From Octopus bimaculoides (Eukaryota), in the NCBI RefSeq assembly GCF_001194135.2, contig NC_068994.1:1315767-1379766 (forward strand): 64,000 nucleotides of DNA, written 5' to 3'. This document shows, one piece after another, positions 25,501 to 39,560 of this stretch. Numbering within the stretch: position 1 is the first letter of the stretch; each line of letters opens with the position of its first letter. A model generated the notes under the pieces. That model was not told where the DNA came from. It ran no database searches and saw only the letters and a list, made by a program, of their open reading frames with translations. A program made the translations under genes and the position numbers.

Positions 25501-28017
25501 GAAGAGTGGTCAAATACAAAAACAGATCTTTTATGGTCAGCTTGTAAATTCACTCTGCAATGTGGACTGATTAAAAGATAACTTGAAATGCTTGAGAATT
25601 AGGAAAGAAAACTTGGAGAATCTTGTAAGAAACCATGCAAACTGGTGGAGAAGAGAGCATTTTTCCAGTTTCAAAATTTCAAAACCTGAAGTGTACAGCA
25701 TCAAGAGCATTTATGGGAAAACAAGAAGAGAAACTAACAGAACAACAGTCTTGCAGCAAATCACCATTGTCCAGATGGTGATTTCTTAGCAAGATCACCT
25801 GCTGGTATGATGAATCATGTCGATATCCATATTAGTTTTGGTAGCCTGAGGACTGACATGAGGAGGAGTCATCAGGTGAAGTGAATGAATCGTAAACATT
25901 GTTGAATAGTAATAAGAATGTGTGTTGTTGATTGTCTTTATTTGGTTGTTTTTCTTTTCTGTTTTCTCACTGAACTCTCATACGTTGTCTTCGTTGGAAG
26001 AGTGCACCGCATACACAGGCAGTGCTGAGTAGTTAAGAAGTTTGTTTCCCAACCACATCTTTCTGGTTCAGAATGGTAGTGTTCATGACCTTTTATTTTT
26101 AAGGGTTTCTGAGTAGAATGAAGTGAGAACACCTGGCTGAAATGCTTGCAAGAAAGTGGACTCCACTATAGGTACCCCAGGACCAGGTGGCAGAGTTAAG
26201 ATGAATAACAATAGAGTTGACTTGAATAAAGGTCTCCAGAGGCTATGTTAAACAAGGTGACAACAGGATAGACTAAAAGTACCCAGGGACCAGGTGGTGG
26301 TGTTAAACTCGGAGGCAACAGATTGAACTCTGCTAAAGGTACCCAAGGATCAGATGGTTATGTTAAACTGGACTCACTAAGGGTATTCAAGGACCAAGAG
26401 GTCGTATTAAATCAGAAGATGTATTAAATGTACTACCCAAGGACTTGGACCGAAAACAACTGTAACAAATACCACAAGGTATCCATCCCACCCTCTATCA
26501 ATTCACTTGCCTTGGATTGGTTCTGTTTTATTGATCCTCAAAGGAAAAATGTAACACTAACCTAACCAGGAATTGAACTCAAAGATATTTGAGATTTAAC
26601 AGATAATGAAGGTGGTGGGCTTTAAATCTGTTGATAATAATAGACACTGAGGTAAGATCCCACCAGCATAGATAATCTCAGCAACTGTTTGAAGGTGAAA
26701 GTGAACAAACTTGAGGAGAAGAAGAGAAGAGTGGAAATATTTAGCAAATACAAAAATAACATAAAAAAAAACAATAAAAAAACATCCCAAAACAGTGATT
26801 ATGAAGCCAGTATCCCAAGATATACTCTCTGTTCTATATTCCTTATCACTGGAATAACCATTTATGTTCCGACACACTGCATTCAAAATATAGGTGAACT
26901 TGGCTCCTTGCAGAAAGAACATTCCATTGTAATTCATGTTACAAGATTATTGTATCTGGAGCAAGGAAAGTTTCCTGCAGATTTAAATGTTAAATGTTTC
27001 CAGAGGAGAAAATGAAAAAGAAATAAAAAACAGGAAAAGATTCCATTATATTTGTTTATTTGTTATTTGTTTATTTTGCAATTATTTGTTTGTTCAGATT
27101 TATTTATTTTATTTATATCTTATATTATTTTATTTGCAATCTTGTAACCAAGTTGGTGACTTGATCAGATAATGCACGTGCACCCCCCACCCCACCACCA
27201 CACATACTCGTACATACATACATGCACACATACATATACATGCATGCACACACAGATGCATGCACATGCACTCATTAAACACTTTGCTGCATTTTGTTCC
27301 ATCTCTTGAAATTCTAAATACAAACCTTGCTAAGACCAACTTCGTTATGTATTCCTGGGTGCCCTGGAAATTATAGAATGCCAAAATAAGTCCTTGGGTC
27401 AACTATATCAGCTAAAACCCCTTGACACAATCTTCAAGTCCCTAAGCCTCTGTTAAAATCAATATTAAATATAAAATATAGTAATTATTTTCAGTATGCT
27501 TATAATTAGTATTAATTTATTAAGAAATCTAATTAGTTACTATTGTCCAATATTGTCCGTAGCACTTTTTCTGATTACTAAAAAATTTGCAAGGTTTGAG
27601 ATGACTTTGTGCATCTGATGAGGTTTAATAAGGTGGAAATATGTCCACTGACAAGAAGAGATTTTTTTTCCTCTAAATATGAAAATAAATAATTTACTAT
27701 AAAATTGAGAAAGTGGGTGGCTTGGGTATTGCACTTCCAATCACAAGGCATGGTTTCAATTCCAGAACTGGGCAGGCAGTGTGCTGAGTTCTTGAGCAAA
27801 ATATTTCATTCCATGTTGTCCATTCAGCTGTACATGAGTTATCCTGCAATGGATTAGCATCCTGTCCAGGGGTATGTTATGATCTTGGTCACTTATATAT
27901 TCTGGAAACTGGGAAAATGGCCACTGTGAACCCTTGGAGTAAAATCTTAATTGCTTGAAATTACCTACGCACTGACCACTTGGTAAAAATCATTAATGAG
28001 TTTTACCCTTTATTATG

Positions 28018-28068
<51 letters not shown>

Positions 28069-28958
28069 GCGTGTGTGTCCCATGCTGGTGGCACGTAAAA
28101 AGCACCATTTGAGCCTGGTCATTGCCAGTACTGCCTGACTGGCCCTCATGCCAGTAGTATGTAAAAAGCACCCACTACACTCTTGGAGTGGTTGGCATTA
28201 GGAAAGGCGTCCAACTGTAGAAACTTTACCAGGTCAGATTAGAGCCTGGTGCAGCCTTTTGGCTCGTCAATCCTCAGTCAAACCATCCAACCCATGCCAG
28301 CATGGAAAGTGGACATTAAACGATGATGATATATATACACACACATATATATATATATATGTTTGTATGCATGCATGTACGCTGGTCTTTCAGTATTTGT
28401 CTACCAAATCCACAAGTGTTTGGTCGGCCCGAGGTAATAGCAGAAGACTCCTGCCCAAGGTGTCACAGAGTAGGAGTAAACCCAGAACCTTGTGGTTGGG
28501 AAGCAAGCTTCTTACTACACACCGACGCCTGTACCAATGTTTCTATCAATCATTTCGTACATCATCATCATCATCTCCCTGATTCAGTGTAGGTCAGTGG
28601 TGTTTGCATTCACGGAAACAGTGTGACATATCTCAGAATCACCATCAGCCTCCTCATCATTGAAATCATCATTCGATGCAGCTGCACTGGTAGCTTCATT
28701 GTCATCATCATCATCATCATCACTACTACTATGACCTCCATGATTAATGTCATCATAATTGTCGTTGTCATCATCAACATCACCTTTGTTGTTGATGACA
28801 TTGTCATCATTGTCATCGACATCATCACCATTACCATCACCATCATCAACATCACAACNNNNNNNNNNNNNNNNNNNNNNNNNNNNNNNNNNNNNNNNNN
28901 NNNNNNNNNNNNNNNNNNNNNNNNNNNNNNNNNNNNNNNNNNNNNNNNNNNNNNNNNN

Positions 28959-28989
<31 letters not shown>

Positions 28990-29169
28990 TACATACACAC
29001 ACACACATCCACCATCACATCTCTCCCCCTCCCACTTTTTATTTTTGGTAGGGCGGCTGTTCAGCCATTGAAACTAGTCATCAAGGAGGTTAATTGATGA
29101 GTTCACATACTTTCGTGTTCATTATGGTTATACAGTATACTTTTCCTATACACCGACATACATATACAC

Positions 29170-29208
<39 letters not shown>

Positions 29209-29356
29209 ATATACATCTGATACACACACACGCACAAGTATATGTATGGTTTATTTCTTTATAGTATATTTTCTAATAGTTCTTGCTTGAATAATTTTTC
29301 ACCATTTTCTTCTTCATATCGTTCCATTAGATACCATCTTGAATGTATTCAAATGG

Positions 29357-29415
29357 CAAAGAAGAAGAGGAAGAAGAAAAAGAAGAAGAAGAAGAAGAAG
29401 AAGAAGAAGAAGAAG
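29357..29415 (+). repeat. (AAG)n microsatellite
   Basis: Direct reading. Confidence 0.95.
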
Positions 29416-29875
29416 ATGGAAAAAAAACTTGGAAGAAGAGGGGGAAATGAGCTGTGCAGCGGAGAGCAGTGCTGTGATGTGTGGGGGGTGCGTGCTATAA
29501 TAGCAGTGTGTGTGTGTGCCATTGGTGTCGTCTGTGCAGTGTGTGACATGTGATGTGCAAAGTGTGATGTGTGTGTGTGTGTATGTGTGTGTGAAGAGTG
29601 GTGACTGGGGTGGAGGATGAGTATCGATGCTGGCTGCCTAGATTCATGGTTTCCACCAAATATTCTTCAGCTATCAGATCCCATTAAATACACCAAAGAA
29701 TAAAGTGTCTCCCTCCATTTATACATACATGCATACACACACGCACACATATATATTTATATATATATATACATATATGTACACATATGTATGCATATAT
29801 ATGTATATATGCATATGTATATAATTATAAATATATATATATATATATGCATATATATACATATATACACATACA

Positions 29876-29908
<33 letters not shown>

Positions 29909-30483
29909 GTGTATATATGTTTTTATGTATGTATATATGCATTGTGTAGTTACCATGTATGTAGATATATCAAGTATGGCCCATATATGGCATGCATATA
30001 CGTATAATATATTTACATATGAATGCGTATATGTAATTATGCATGCGTCNNNNNNNNNNNNNNNNNNNNNNNNNNNNNNNNNNNNNNNNNNNNNNNNNNN
30101 NNNNNNNNNNNNNNNNNNNNNNNNNNNNNNNNNNNNNNNNNNNNNNNNNNNNNNNNNNNNNNNNNNNNNNNNNNNNNNNNNNNNNNNNNNNNNNNNNNNN
30201 NNNNNNNNNNNNNNNNNNNNNNNNNNNNNNNATATACATATATATATATGTGTGTATAAATATATATATTTAAGAAAGTATGTATATATATGTGTGTGTA
30301 TATATATATGTATATATGCATGTATATACATATGTATATATGCATATATATATACATACATGTATATACACACACACAATGATAAGGAGAGATACTTTTA
30401 TGCAACTCAACACATTCTGTGAATAGTACTTCATAGTGTCTATGTGAAGTTATCTTTCAGATCTCCTTACACGCACGCACGTG

Positions 30484-30532
<49 letters not shown>

Positions 30533-30988
30533 ACACACACACAACTGCATATTTCAAAGTTTATCTATATCACCATTTATGTAAGTATATCTAACATCAC
30601 TCTCACGCACTCACACAAAAACAAAATTAATGTCACCTCTATGTATATATAAATAAATATATATATATATATATATATACATACACACACACACACACAT
30701 ATATATATGTGCATGTATGTATATAGCTCTATTTAAGACTGATGTATATCTCTGAGCACTGAAAATGTTTCAATATTGAGTAGAGATATGACTACATATG
30801 CACTGAATTCTATATTCCTCCATGTGTGTATGTGCGCATGGATGTATGTACATACATATACATATGTGTGTGTGTGTGTATGCATACATATATATATGTG
30901 TGTATGTGTGTTTATAAGTGTGTGTATGTTGTAAAGTGAGAATGAGATATGGCAGTCAGATGTCTCTATAAAAAGACCATTATGGTGA

Positions 30989-31197
30989 AAAGATGTATAT
31001 CTTTAGTGGTGCTATATATATTATATACAAAATAAGTACACCTCACACTATACATATATGCAAACACACACACACACGTGTGTGTGTGTTTGTGTGTACA
31101 TGTGTGTGCGTGTGTGTATGTATATATATATATATATAGTTTGTACTGAACTGTTTTGCACATAATATATATGCAGCCACTAAAGATATACATCTTT
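30989..31197. repeat. ~55-bp imperfect inverted repeat enclosing a CA/TG/TA microsatellite; right arm repeated at ~31239-31298
   Basis: aaagatgtatatctttagtggtgc...agtaca is the reverse complement of tgtact...gcagccactaaagatatacatcttt. Confidence 0.75.
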
Positions 31198-31394
31198 ATG
31201 TTATCTATCTATCTATCCATCTATATATATATATATATAGTTTGTACTGAACTGTTTTGCACATAATATATATGCAGCCACTAAAGATATACATCTTTAN
31301 NNNNNNNNNTGATGTATAGATATAGATCATACCTACATACATACATATATGCATATATATTCTGGCGTGTATGTATGTGTGTGTGTATGCATAA

Positions 31395-31449
<55 letters not shown>

Positions 31450-31906
31450 GAGCAAAATGCATGGTAACAGTGAGCCAGTGTCAAAAGGACAGAGTGCTCT
31501 GTCGACAGAGTACTCTGTTGGCAGAGTACATTTCTTTGTTAACAAGAAGCAAGAGTTTCGTCAGTCGGGCATTTCTGCCCCTTTCACCATTTTGGAATAA
31601 ACAAATGATTTCTGATAGACAATCCTTGTTGGTCCCCTGTTTCCTTTTATGTAACGATGGTGGTGGGCACACATGATAGGGTCACTAACCTGCTATACTG
31701 TGTAACACACACACAAATAGAAACATACATAAACGCAGAGATACACACATGCATATAGTTATGTGGTAAGATGTGTGCTTTCCACCACATGGTTCTGGGT
31801 TCAATCCCACAGAATTGCACATTGGTCAAGCATTTTCTGTTAAAACCCTAAAGTATTGCAGGGGACTCAATTGACAGAAACTCAAAGGAGCCTGTCAATA
31901 TATATG

Positions 31907-32012
<106 letters not shown>

Positions 32013-32577
32013 TGCGTCTGTGAGCATGTGTGTGTGTGTATTTGTGGGGTGTATTTATTCAATGACACAGGCATGGAATATTTACATTTAGGAACCTGAG
32101 TTTCTCTGCAACAACTCTGTAATCAATTCTCTTCATCTGCAAGTCTGGTGCACATTCACTTCATGCTTAACATAGGAGCAAAAAGCACCACGGAAAGCCA
32201 ACAGTTTCTCTCGAGATTCTTAACCATTCAAGGGGAACAACATACATATATATATGTATGTAGATGTATGCAAGTGTGTTTATCTGGTTTCTTTGTTCCA
32301 AGTGTGTGTACAAGTATTGTTATTTCCTTGCCTGAGTTCTAAATAACCATTGTCCTTCATTCGTCTTCTGTAAAAACATGCTCGGCCATGGGGTGGGTGG
32401 TGGTGGTGGGGAGATACTAGCTTACTTGGATTCAGGTGAGGGTTGGTGACAAGAAGAGAATCCTGCTGAAGAAAATCCACCTTAACCAAATCCTGTCTGT
32501 TCTGTACAAACATGGACAGATGGTTGTTAGAAGGATGATGATGATCATGATCATGATGGCAATCAAGATCATGATAT

Positions 32578-32621
<44 letters not shown>

Positions 32622-33904
32622 TCATCGTCGTCCTCATTTAACGTCCGTTTTCCATGCTAGCATGGGTTGGACAGTTCAATTGGGGTCTGGGAAGCCAAGA
32701 GGCTGCACCAGGTTCCAATCGAATCTGGCAATGTTTCTACAGCTGGATGCCCTTCCTTATGCCAACCACTCTGAGAGTGTAGTGGATGCTTTTTACATTT
32801 CACTGGCACAGGGGCCAGAAGGGGCTGGCAATAACCACGATCAGTTTGCGCTTTTTACATGCCACCGGCATGGGAGCCAGTCAAGGTGGCGCTGGCATCA
32901 GCCATGTTTGGATGGTGTTTTTTACATGCCACCGTCATGGTGATCACAACTACAATTTCCATTTGATTTTGATTTTGATGTTGACTTGACTCAATAGGTT
33001 TCCTCAAGCACGGCATGTCACCCTACGATCGAAGGTACTTTTGAGTGGGCTGCCAAATGAAATCACACATCTTTATTTATCTAAAGAATGAAAGTAAAGT
33101 TGACTTCAGCAGGATTTGAAACTGTGCACAGCCAGAATGAATCTTGCAAAACATCCTACTGATAGCTTATTCTACCAAAATGGTATGTCTGCATTTGTTA
33201 ATGTAAATATGTACATTTGTAAATGCATGTGTGTATGTGAGTGTATTCAAATATATTCATACTATTTATATGTATACATTGGAATAAATAGATATATAAA
33301 TGTGTGTGTGTGTCTATATATATTTACATACATAAATAATATACATATCTGTGTGTGTGTGTGTGTTTAATGTATTTATGTATATGTGTGGATGTATGCT
33401 GTTCTGTATACCTATTGGAAAATATGCACATCTGTCTTCAAACACATACATACACCTACAAATACACACATATATACAAACAGGCACAAACAAATGCAGT
33501 AGCAAATACACACACACACACACACACACACATGCTCACATCTACATACACGCACCCACGCAGATCTACATCTATCTTCTAGCTTCAGCATCCACACATC
33601 TACACACATATTTTTAGAGACACATACACATCTAAGCTAGTATTCCCTCTCCCCTTCTCTACCATACACCTGCACAAAGACACATATGATCATCAATAAT
33701 ACAGCATGTTCCTCACATGCCCGTCTATATACCAACCTGCATAAACATGCATATTTCAACAAACAGTGCTGCCACCACCACCACCACCACCATATTGCTG
33801 TTTAAAAGATAAAGATCACAAGGTGAGGTTTACATCAAAGATGACCAGATCCAATCTGTTTCAGCCACACTCTTTCTCTCTCAAGTGGTTACATATGATC
33901 CAAC

Positions 33905-33955
<51 letters not shown>

Positions 33956-34499
33956 TACATACATATTTACACACATATATGCACACATACTCTCTCGTTG
34001 TCCCCTCATGCCTCTGGCTGTTCTGTAATTACATCTTACGTCCACCCAGATTCTACGTCCATATACCTTTCAGCTTTTCTCTCAACAAATTTTACAGATC
34101 TATATCTATGGGTGTATATGCATTCACATGCATATACACATGCTTATAAATCTTTGAGTGTAAGCATGTATGTAGAACGAGAGATAGAAAGATAAAGGGA
34201 TGCATATATAGATGCATAGAGATGTGTATATATATGCAATATGCTCATACACACACACACACACACACAAATATACGCATACATACACAGACATATGAGT
34301 AGATATATGCTTACTTCAAAGCATAAATTTATGCCTATACACCAAAGCATATACACACTTGTGTCATCATATACTCACATTCTGCAACAAATATACACAA
34401 ACATTAAACAAACGAAATATCAAAAAGATCATAAAAGCCATGCAGTGTATATACTGTAAGGTCTGAAAATCTCTCTCTCTCTCTGTTTCTGTCTCTCCC

Positions 34500-34530
<31 letters not shown>

Positions 34531-34621
34531 ATATATATATATATTCATTTGTATCTTTCTGTCAATCATTCTGTCTGTCTATCTATTTATATCTATCTCA
34601 TTTTCTATGTATATATATATA

Positions 34622-34844
34622 CAGCAATCCCTCACCATATTGTGGTTCACCTATAGTGGTTTATTATTCAAGCTTACGTCAGTTCCTCAATGGTGTTGTT
34701 TTGCATTTATAATAAAATAAATATATACAAATTATTAAGATAACAAAAACAAAATTTCAGTACAGTACTGTTTCTACTTCATGGATTTTCTCCTATTGTG
34801 GGGTGTTTTGGAATCTAACACCCATGATAGTCGAGGGATTACTG
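34622..34844. mobile_element. Tc1/pogo (Tigger-like) MITE with TA TSD
   Basis: TA|CAGCAATCCCTC ... GAGGGATTACTG|TA. CAGTAATCCCTCG-type TIRs, 223 bp, non-coding interior. Confidence 0.8.
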
Positions 34845-34868
34845 TATAAATATGTGTGTGTATGTGTT

Positions 34869-34944
<76 letters not shown>

Positions 34945-37156
34945 TGTGGGTGTGAGGATGCATGGCCTTGTGGTTTGGTTCATGAGCACAAGTTCAATGC
35001 CTGCAATGGGCAGCATGTTATATCTTTGAACAAGATACTTTACTTTATGTCACTCTAATCTACTAGAAGTGGTGCAGCTCCCTCTTTTTCCCTTCCTTCA
35101 ACTGGCTGTACTGGACTATATCTAAACTGAGCCATCTCTTATGAATGATCTGGTATGGTCTACTAGCTTGCATCCCACTTTCACAAACTATTTTAGGACA
35201 CTGCACTTCTACAAGTGGACAAAGACATCTGCTGAGCTCTTGATCCAATGGGACATCAAATATGTGAAAGGTGGAGGGAGACAGTGAGCTTCTTTGGTGG
35301 CTACTCATTTCCATTTCCAATTGAGCTGATGGGAGCAACATGAAATGAAGTGTCTTGCTCTAAGGAACAATGCACTGTCCAGTCTAGGGAGTGAACCTAT
35401 GATGTTAAGATCAACACCCTAGCAACACCATAATGTGCCTTCACACTATATACAAAAATATATATATATATATTTCACAGCTAAGTGGGCTAAGATCCTA
35501 AGAAGTTCACTTGATCTATGGGCCTTCGCAAATTCCAAAGTAAAATGTTTAGTTGGTGCCCTCACGAAGAATAATTCATATTGAAGATATGGACTTCTCC
35601 ACTTGCTGACTAGTGAACAGAAATTGAGCATAAACTGACACTTTTGGGACAAAACTGGAACTGCAGGAAGGTAAATAACTCCATCTTGCTCAAAAGGGGC
35701 TTTCACATCAAAGAATTTTGTTTCAGGGATTTTTCACAATCTTGCTGACCAAGACTGTATTCTTGCCTCCATTAGTAAAAAGGTTATGTGCCTCTGGTCA
35801 GCAGGTCTAATGAGTCACCTGTTTTGCTAAGAGCTGCGATAATAGATGTGAAACCAAAGATAGCTTTCTGACTGGTCATCACCAATGACTATATATGTGT
35901 GTGTGTGTGTCTGTGTGTGCATTTATATATATATAAATGATGTATTCCTAGATGTACTATGACAAAAAGAAGAGTGGGTGTCCAAAAGTCTGTTTAACAA
36001 CAATAACTACAACAACAACAATAGCATTAGTCCATAGGATTGACTTCGCTGTTATCACCAACACCGACACCATCAATATCACCACCAACATGACCACCAC
36101 CACCACCACCATCACTCCCACTGTCACCACCACCACCACCACCACCACCAATAGCACTACCAAAGACAACAACAGCAACAACAACAGTGATGACAGCAAC
36201 CTGAAGGACACCAGTGACAACAACAACATCTCTATGACAGAACGTGACTGAGATACTGTGAAGTGAATACTTGTGAGAAGTACCAACACACACACACACA
36301 TACACACACACACACCACACATACACAAACTGTGCTTATACATTGTATACACATCTGTATACACACTATATACAGACACTGTATATAGAGTGTATAAATA
36401 TATATACATATATATACACCAGACACTCTACACATTGTGCAGTACATATACATATGTATGCACCACACAGTTAAATTATGCACACAACATTCATACATAA
36501 ACATATACACTAGTTTTACATTATCAACACTATACAAACCACAAATACATTATACACACATAGTCTATAACACACAGATACTATATACACAGCACGCACA
36601 TACTGTAAATACACAGATACTATATATACAGCATATATACACAACACACACCTTATTCCATTGAAATTCTCTCAACGTTTGGAAAGTAGCGCCATGACAC
36701 AACAGAGAAAACAGCCAACGGCAGCATCAACAAGGTCAACAGAGAATTGGTAAAATTGAATGCAAAAATTTCGGGGAGCAAGAAGAGAAAGAAGAAGAAA
36801 AAATGCCTGAAGCACAGAGTTCTTTTATTGTATTTCGTTTTTCAGTGAAAATTGCTAGATTTTAAAGCCATTAACTCTTGCTACGAACTTGGCAGACGAT
36901 AAAGAATGGAGAGGTTGATGAAAATGGTGTTGTTTGATTGACACAGAATGTTATGTTATCGTGGTTGTCCAGTCACTGGGTGGTAAATGCAAAGCTGGAA
37001 CAATGACGGCAAATAATGGTTGATGCTAGACGCTGGAACAGGAAATTATTAAATGTAAATCTTTAACGAAGTTCTGAGACTAACTTCTGATTTAATCCAA
37101 TTCTTTCTCCCCCCCTTCCCCCTCTTTCACATTTTACTAATTTTCTTTCTTTCTGA

Positions 37157-37205
<49 letters not shown>

Positions 37206-38977
37206 GATGTATAATTCTTTGCTTCCTGCAGTCTGCTCTAAAACGATGTCTTTGGTCAACAGATAACAGCCGTTATTGACACCTCCACTCTCTCACTCCT
37301 CTTTTCTCTCTCCCTCTCTGTTGAGCGTGGGTGGGTGTGTTTGAGTGTTTGTTACTGTTTAACTTTTAGACATTCCATTACAGTTTGCAGCTCAACCGAC
37401 TCAGCTATTGTACCAACAACAGCTGTTTGTGTATAGTCTATATATACACTGTAACAAACAGTGTTATAACAATAGGGACCCCATCTGTTCTTGGTACCAC
37501 AACAAATCCCCTCAGTCAGGCAGTAAACTGGCAGAATTCAGTCCTCTGAAGTCAATGAAATATATTATCAGTAATAAAAAATGAACCCCTCTCACTTTGA
37601 GTTCCTCTTTTAAACAGTTGCCTCTTTTGGTTCACAACAAAGTCTCTTTGGCCATTTCCTTCTGTAGAATACTTAACCATTTCTTTTTATAGATTTTTAA
37701 GGTACACCCATTGCATCTGTGGCTGTTGCTCCCACTACTACTATTACTACAACCACCACCACTATTACTACTTTTGCTATTGTTGTATGTAGGGGTTTAA
37801 CTGAGTTCAGTGTTATTGTCAATACTGATGAAGCAGGCATATGATCAAAGCCATTCCAGCCATGACCATCCTTTTTAATGACACGTATCTATGATTAAAT
37901 TATCTGATGTGTTCTTTCCATCTTTAAGACATTGGCGTGTGTCTTGAGTGAGATTTGGCTGGTGTTTCTAGCAAGCACAGAAACCATACAGTAACTCTCT
38001 CTCTCTCATCACCTTAACTATTTTATATTATTGTTGTTGTTGTTGTTACTGTTATCATTAGTGTTATTGTTGTTGTTGTTGCTCTAGCTCCTCTCCTCCC
38101 TCCTATGCGTGTGTCTGTTATTTCTTCAGTAAACCCAGAATGTTCCACAGGATTCTAACCTTAGGCAGCAGTAGCAGCAGCAGTAAGCTGTTTATTGTGT
38201 TTTGCTGTTGAGCTCTGAATGTTTCCCTTTTGCATTTCCAACTTGATTTAACGAACACACACCTACAATTATTTAATTAAAAACAAACATTGTCTTTTCA
38301 TAAAATAAACTTGCAGTTTGTCTCTTATTTGAACTTTATTTGTATCTTTATTATTATTATTTTAATTTTTTTCCCCTTCATATTTGTCTCCGAGATTTAA
38401 GTTGTTTTTGTTGTTGTTTTTATTTTTATGGATGAAGGAAGAAGAGGAAGAAGAGTCAGAAAATAAACAAGGCAGGCTTTGCATTGCATCCTATGTTTTC
38501 TTTACTCTGTGCATGTGTGTGTATGTGTGTTTGATTTTCTGTTGGTGCATGATGAGGTTAGCAAATGTCTTACAGGCATTATATTTACAATTCAAGTTGA
38601 TTCAAGTTGAACAGTGTAAATGGTCACATGACTTGAAACTCAGAAAGCACAAAGTGTTTGGGTCCCTGTTATAGCAAAGTTAATCCCTTAGGGTATTCCC
38701 TCAATGTTTATCTAATCTTATTTAAAGAATATGTTTGTGTGAGTATGTTGTTTTCTTTTGTTCTAAGGGGCCTCCTGTCAAAAAGAACAACTGGAATGGA
38801 GACGTTGGTTGGTGTGTGGCTGTAATTGAGTTAAACAATGTCAGTTCTATGATATGAAGACTCCATGTAATCAATGAAGTCTTGGAGACATCAGAAGAGG
38901 AATTAGAAACTTGGCGTTGCAGAAGATAACCAGTCTCCAGTTTCTAAAGATTCTGGTTGTTATTCTGTTAGAATTGG

Positions 38978-39075
38978 TTGTGCTACACGTTTGGAAAGGA
39001 AGGTTATCACTTTAACTGTGCTACATGTTTTGATGGAGGAGGTCATCAGTTTAATTGTGCTACATGTTTGGAAGG
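38978..39075 (+). repeat. ~38-39-bp tandem repeat (about 2.5 copies)
   Basis: tgtgctaca(c/t)gttt recurs at 38979, 39017 and 39056. Confidence 0.7.
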
Positions 39076-39369
39076 GTGGGAAGCTTTCATTCTCATGTAC
39101 AACATCTGTCCAAGTTATAAGTGAAAACACTTATTTTCTTACATTATCAATCTAAACATGTTACATGTCTCCTATTTAGATTGCTAGAGTGTACATGTTG
39201 CATGTTTCAAGAACATTAAATTCTCTCATGTAGCATAGATGTGGTCTCTATGATTACTAATAGTACATGTTTCAGAATCAATAATTCTGACATATTTTAT
39301 GTATTTCTGACTGCTCATACAGGCAGATGTGACAAAAGCCCTAATTATACATGTTACATGTGTTGGGTA

Positions 39370-39560
39370 TCTATGACTATCCATGCCACTGCATATACTT
39401 CCAGGCCAGATTCCAAAAGTGGAATGTATGTTGGGATGGGTGTATTGCTGTGCAAGATGACTATTTCGAAGGAGATGATGTTAAAACTTACGTAAACAAA
39501 TTATTTTTGTTATCAAACATAACAAGTCAGGGATCATTTTGAAACCACTTCATACGATGT
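39370..39560 (+). mobile_element. Mariner transposase 3' remnant plus right terminus
   Basis: Translation FQARFQKWNVCWDGCIAVQDDYFEGD matches the mariner C-terminus FQ.W..RW..CI..QG.YFEGD. It is followed by a terminal-like sequence ending ...ttttgaaaccacttcata. Confidence 0.75.

Noticed and set aside
26596-27015. Overlapping ORFs of 108-113 aa on opposite strands
   Set aside because: No recognisable motifs and no consistent splice-bounded open frame.
28620-28858. Asp/Ile/Thr-rich ORFs from CAT/CAC-rich tracts (also 23100-23286, 36040-36240, 62640-62760)
   Set aside because: Degenerate trinucleotide repeats with no splice or codon evidence.
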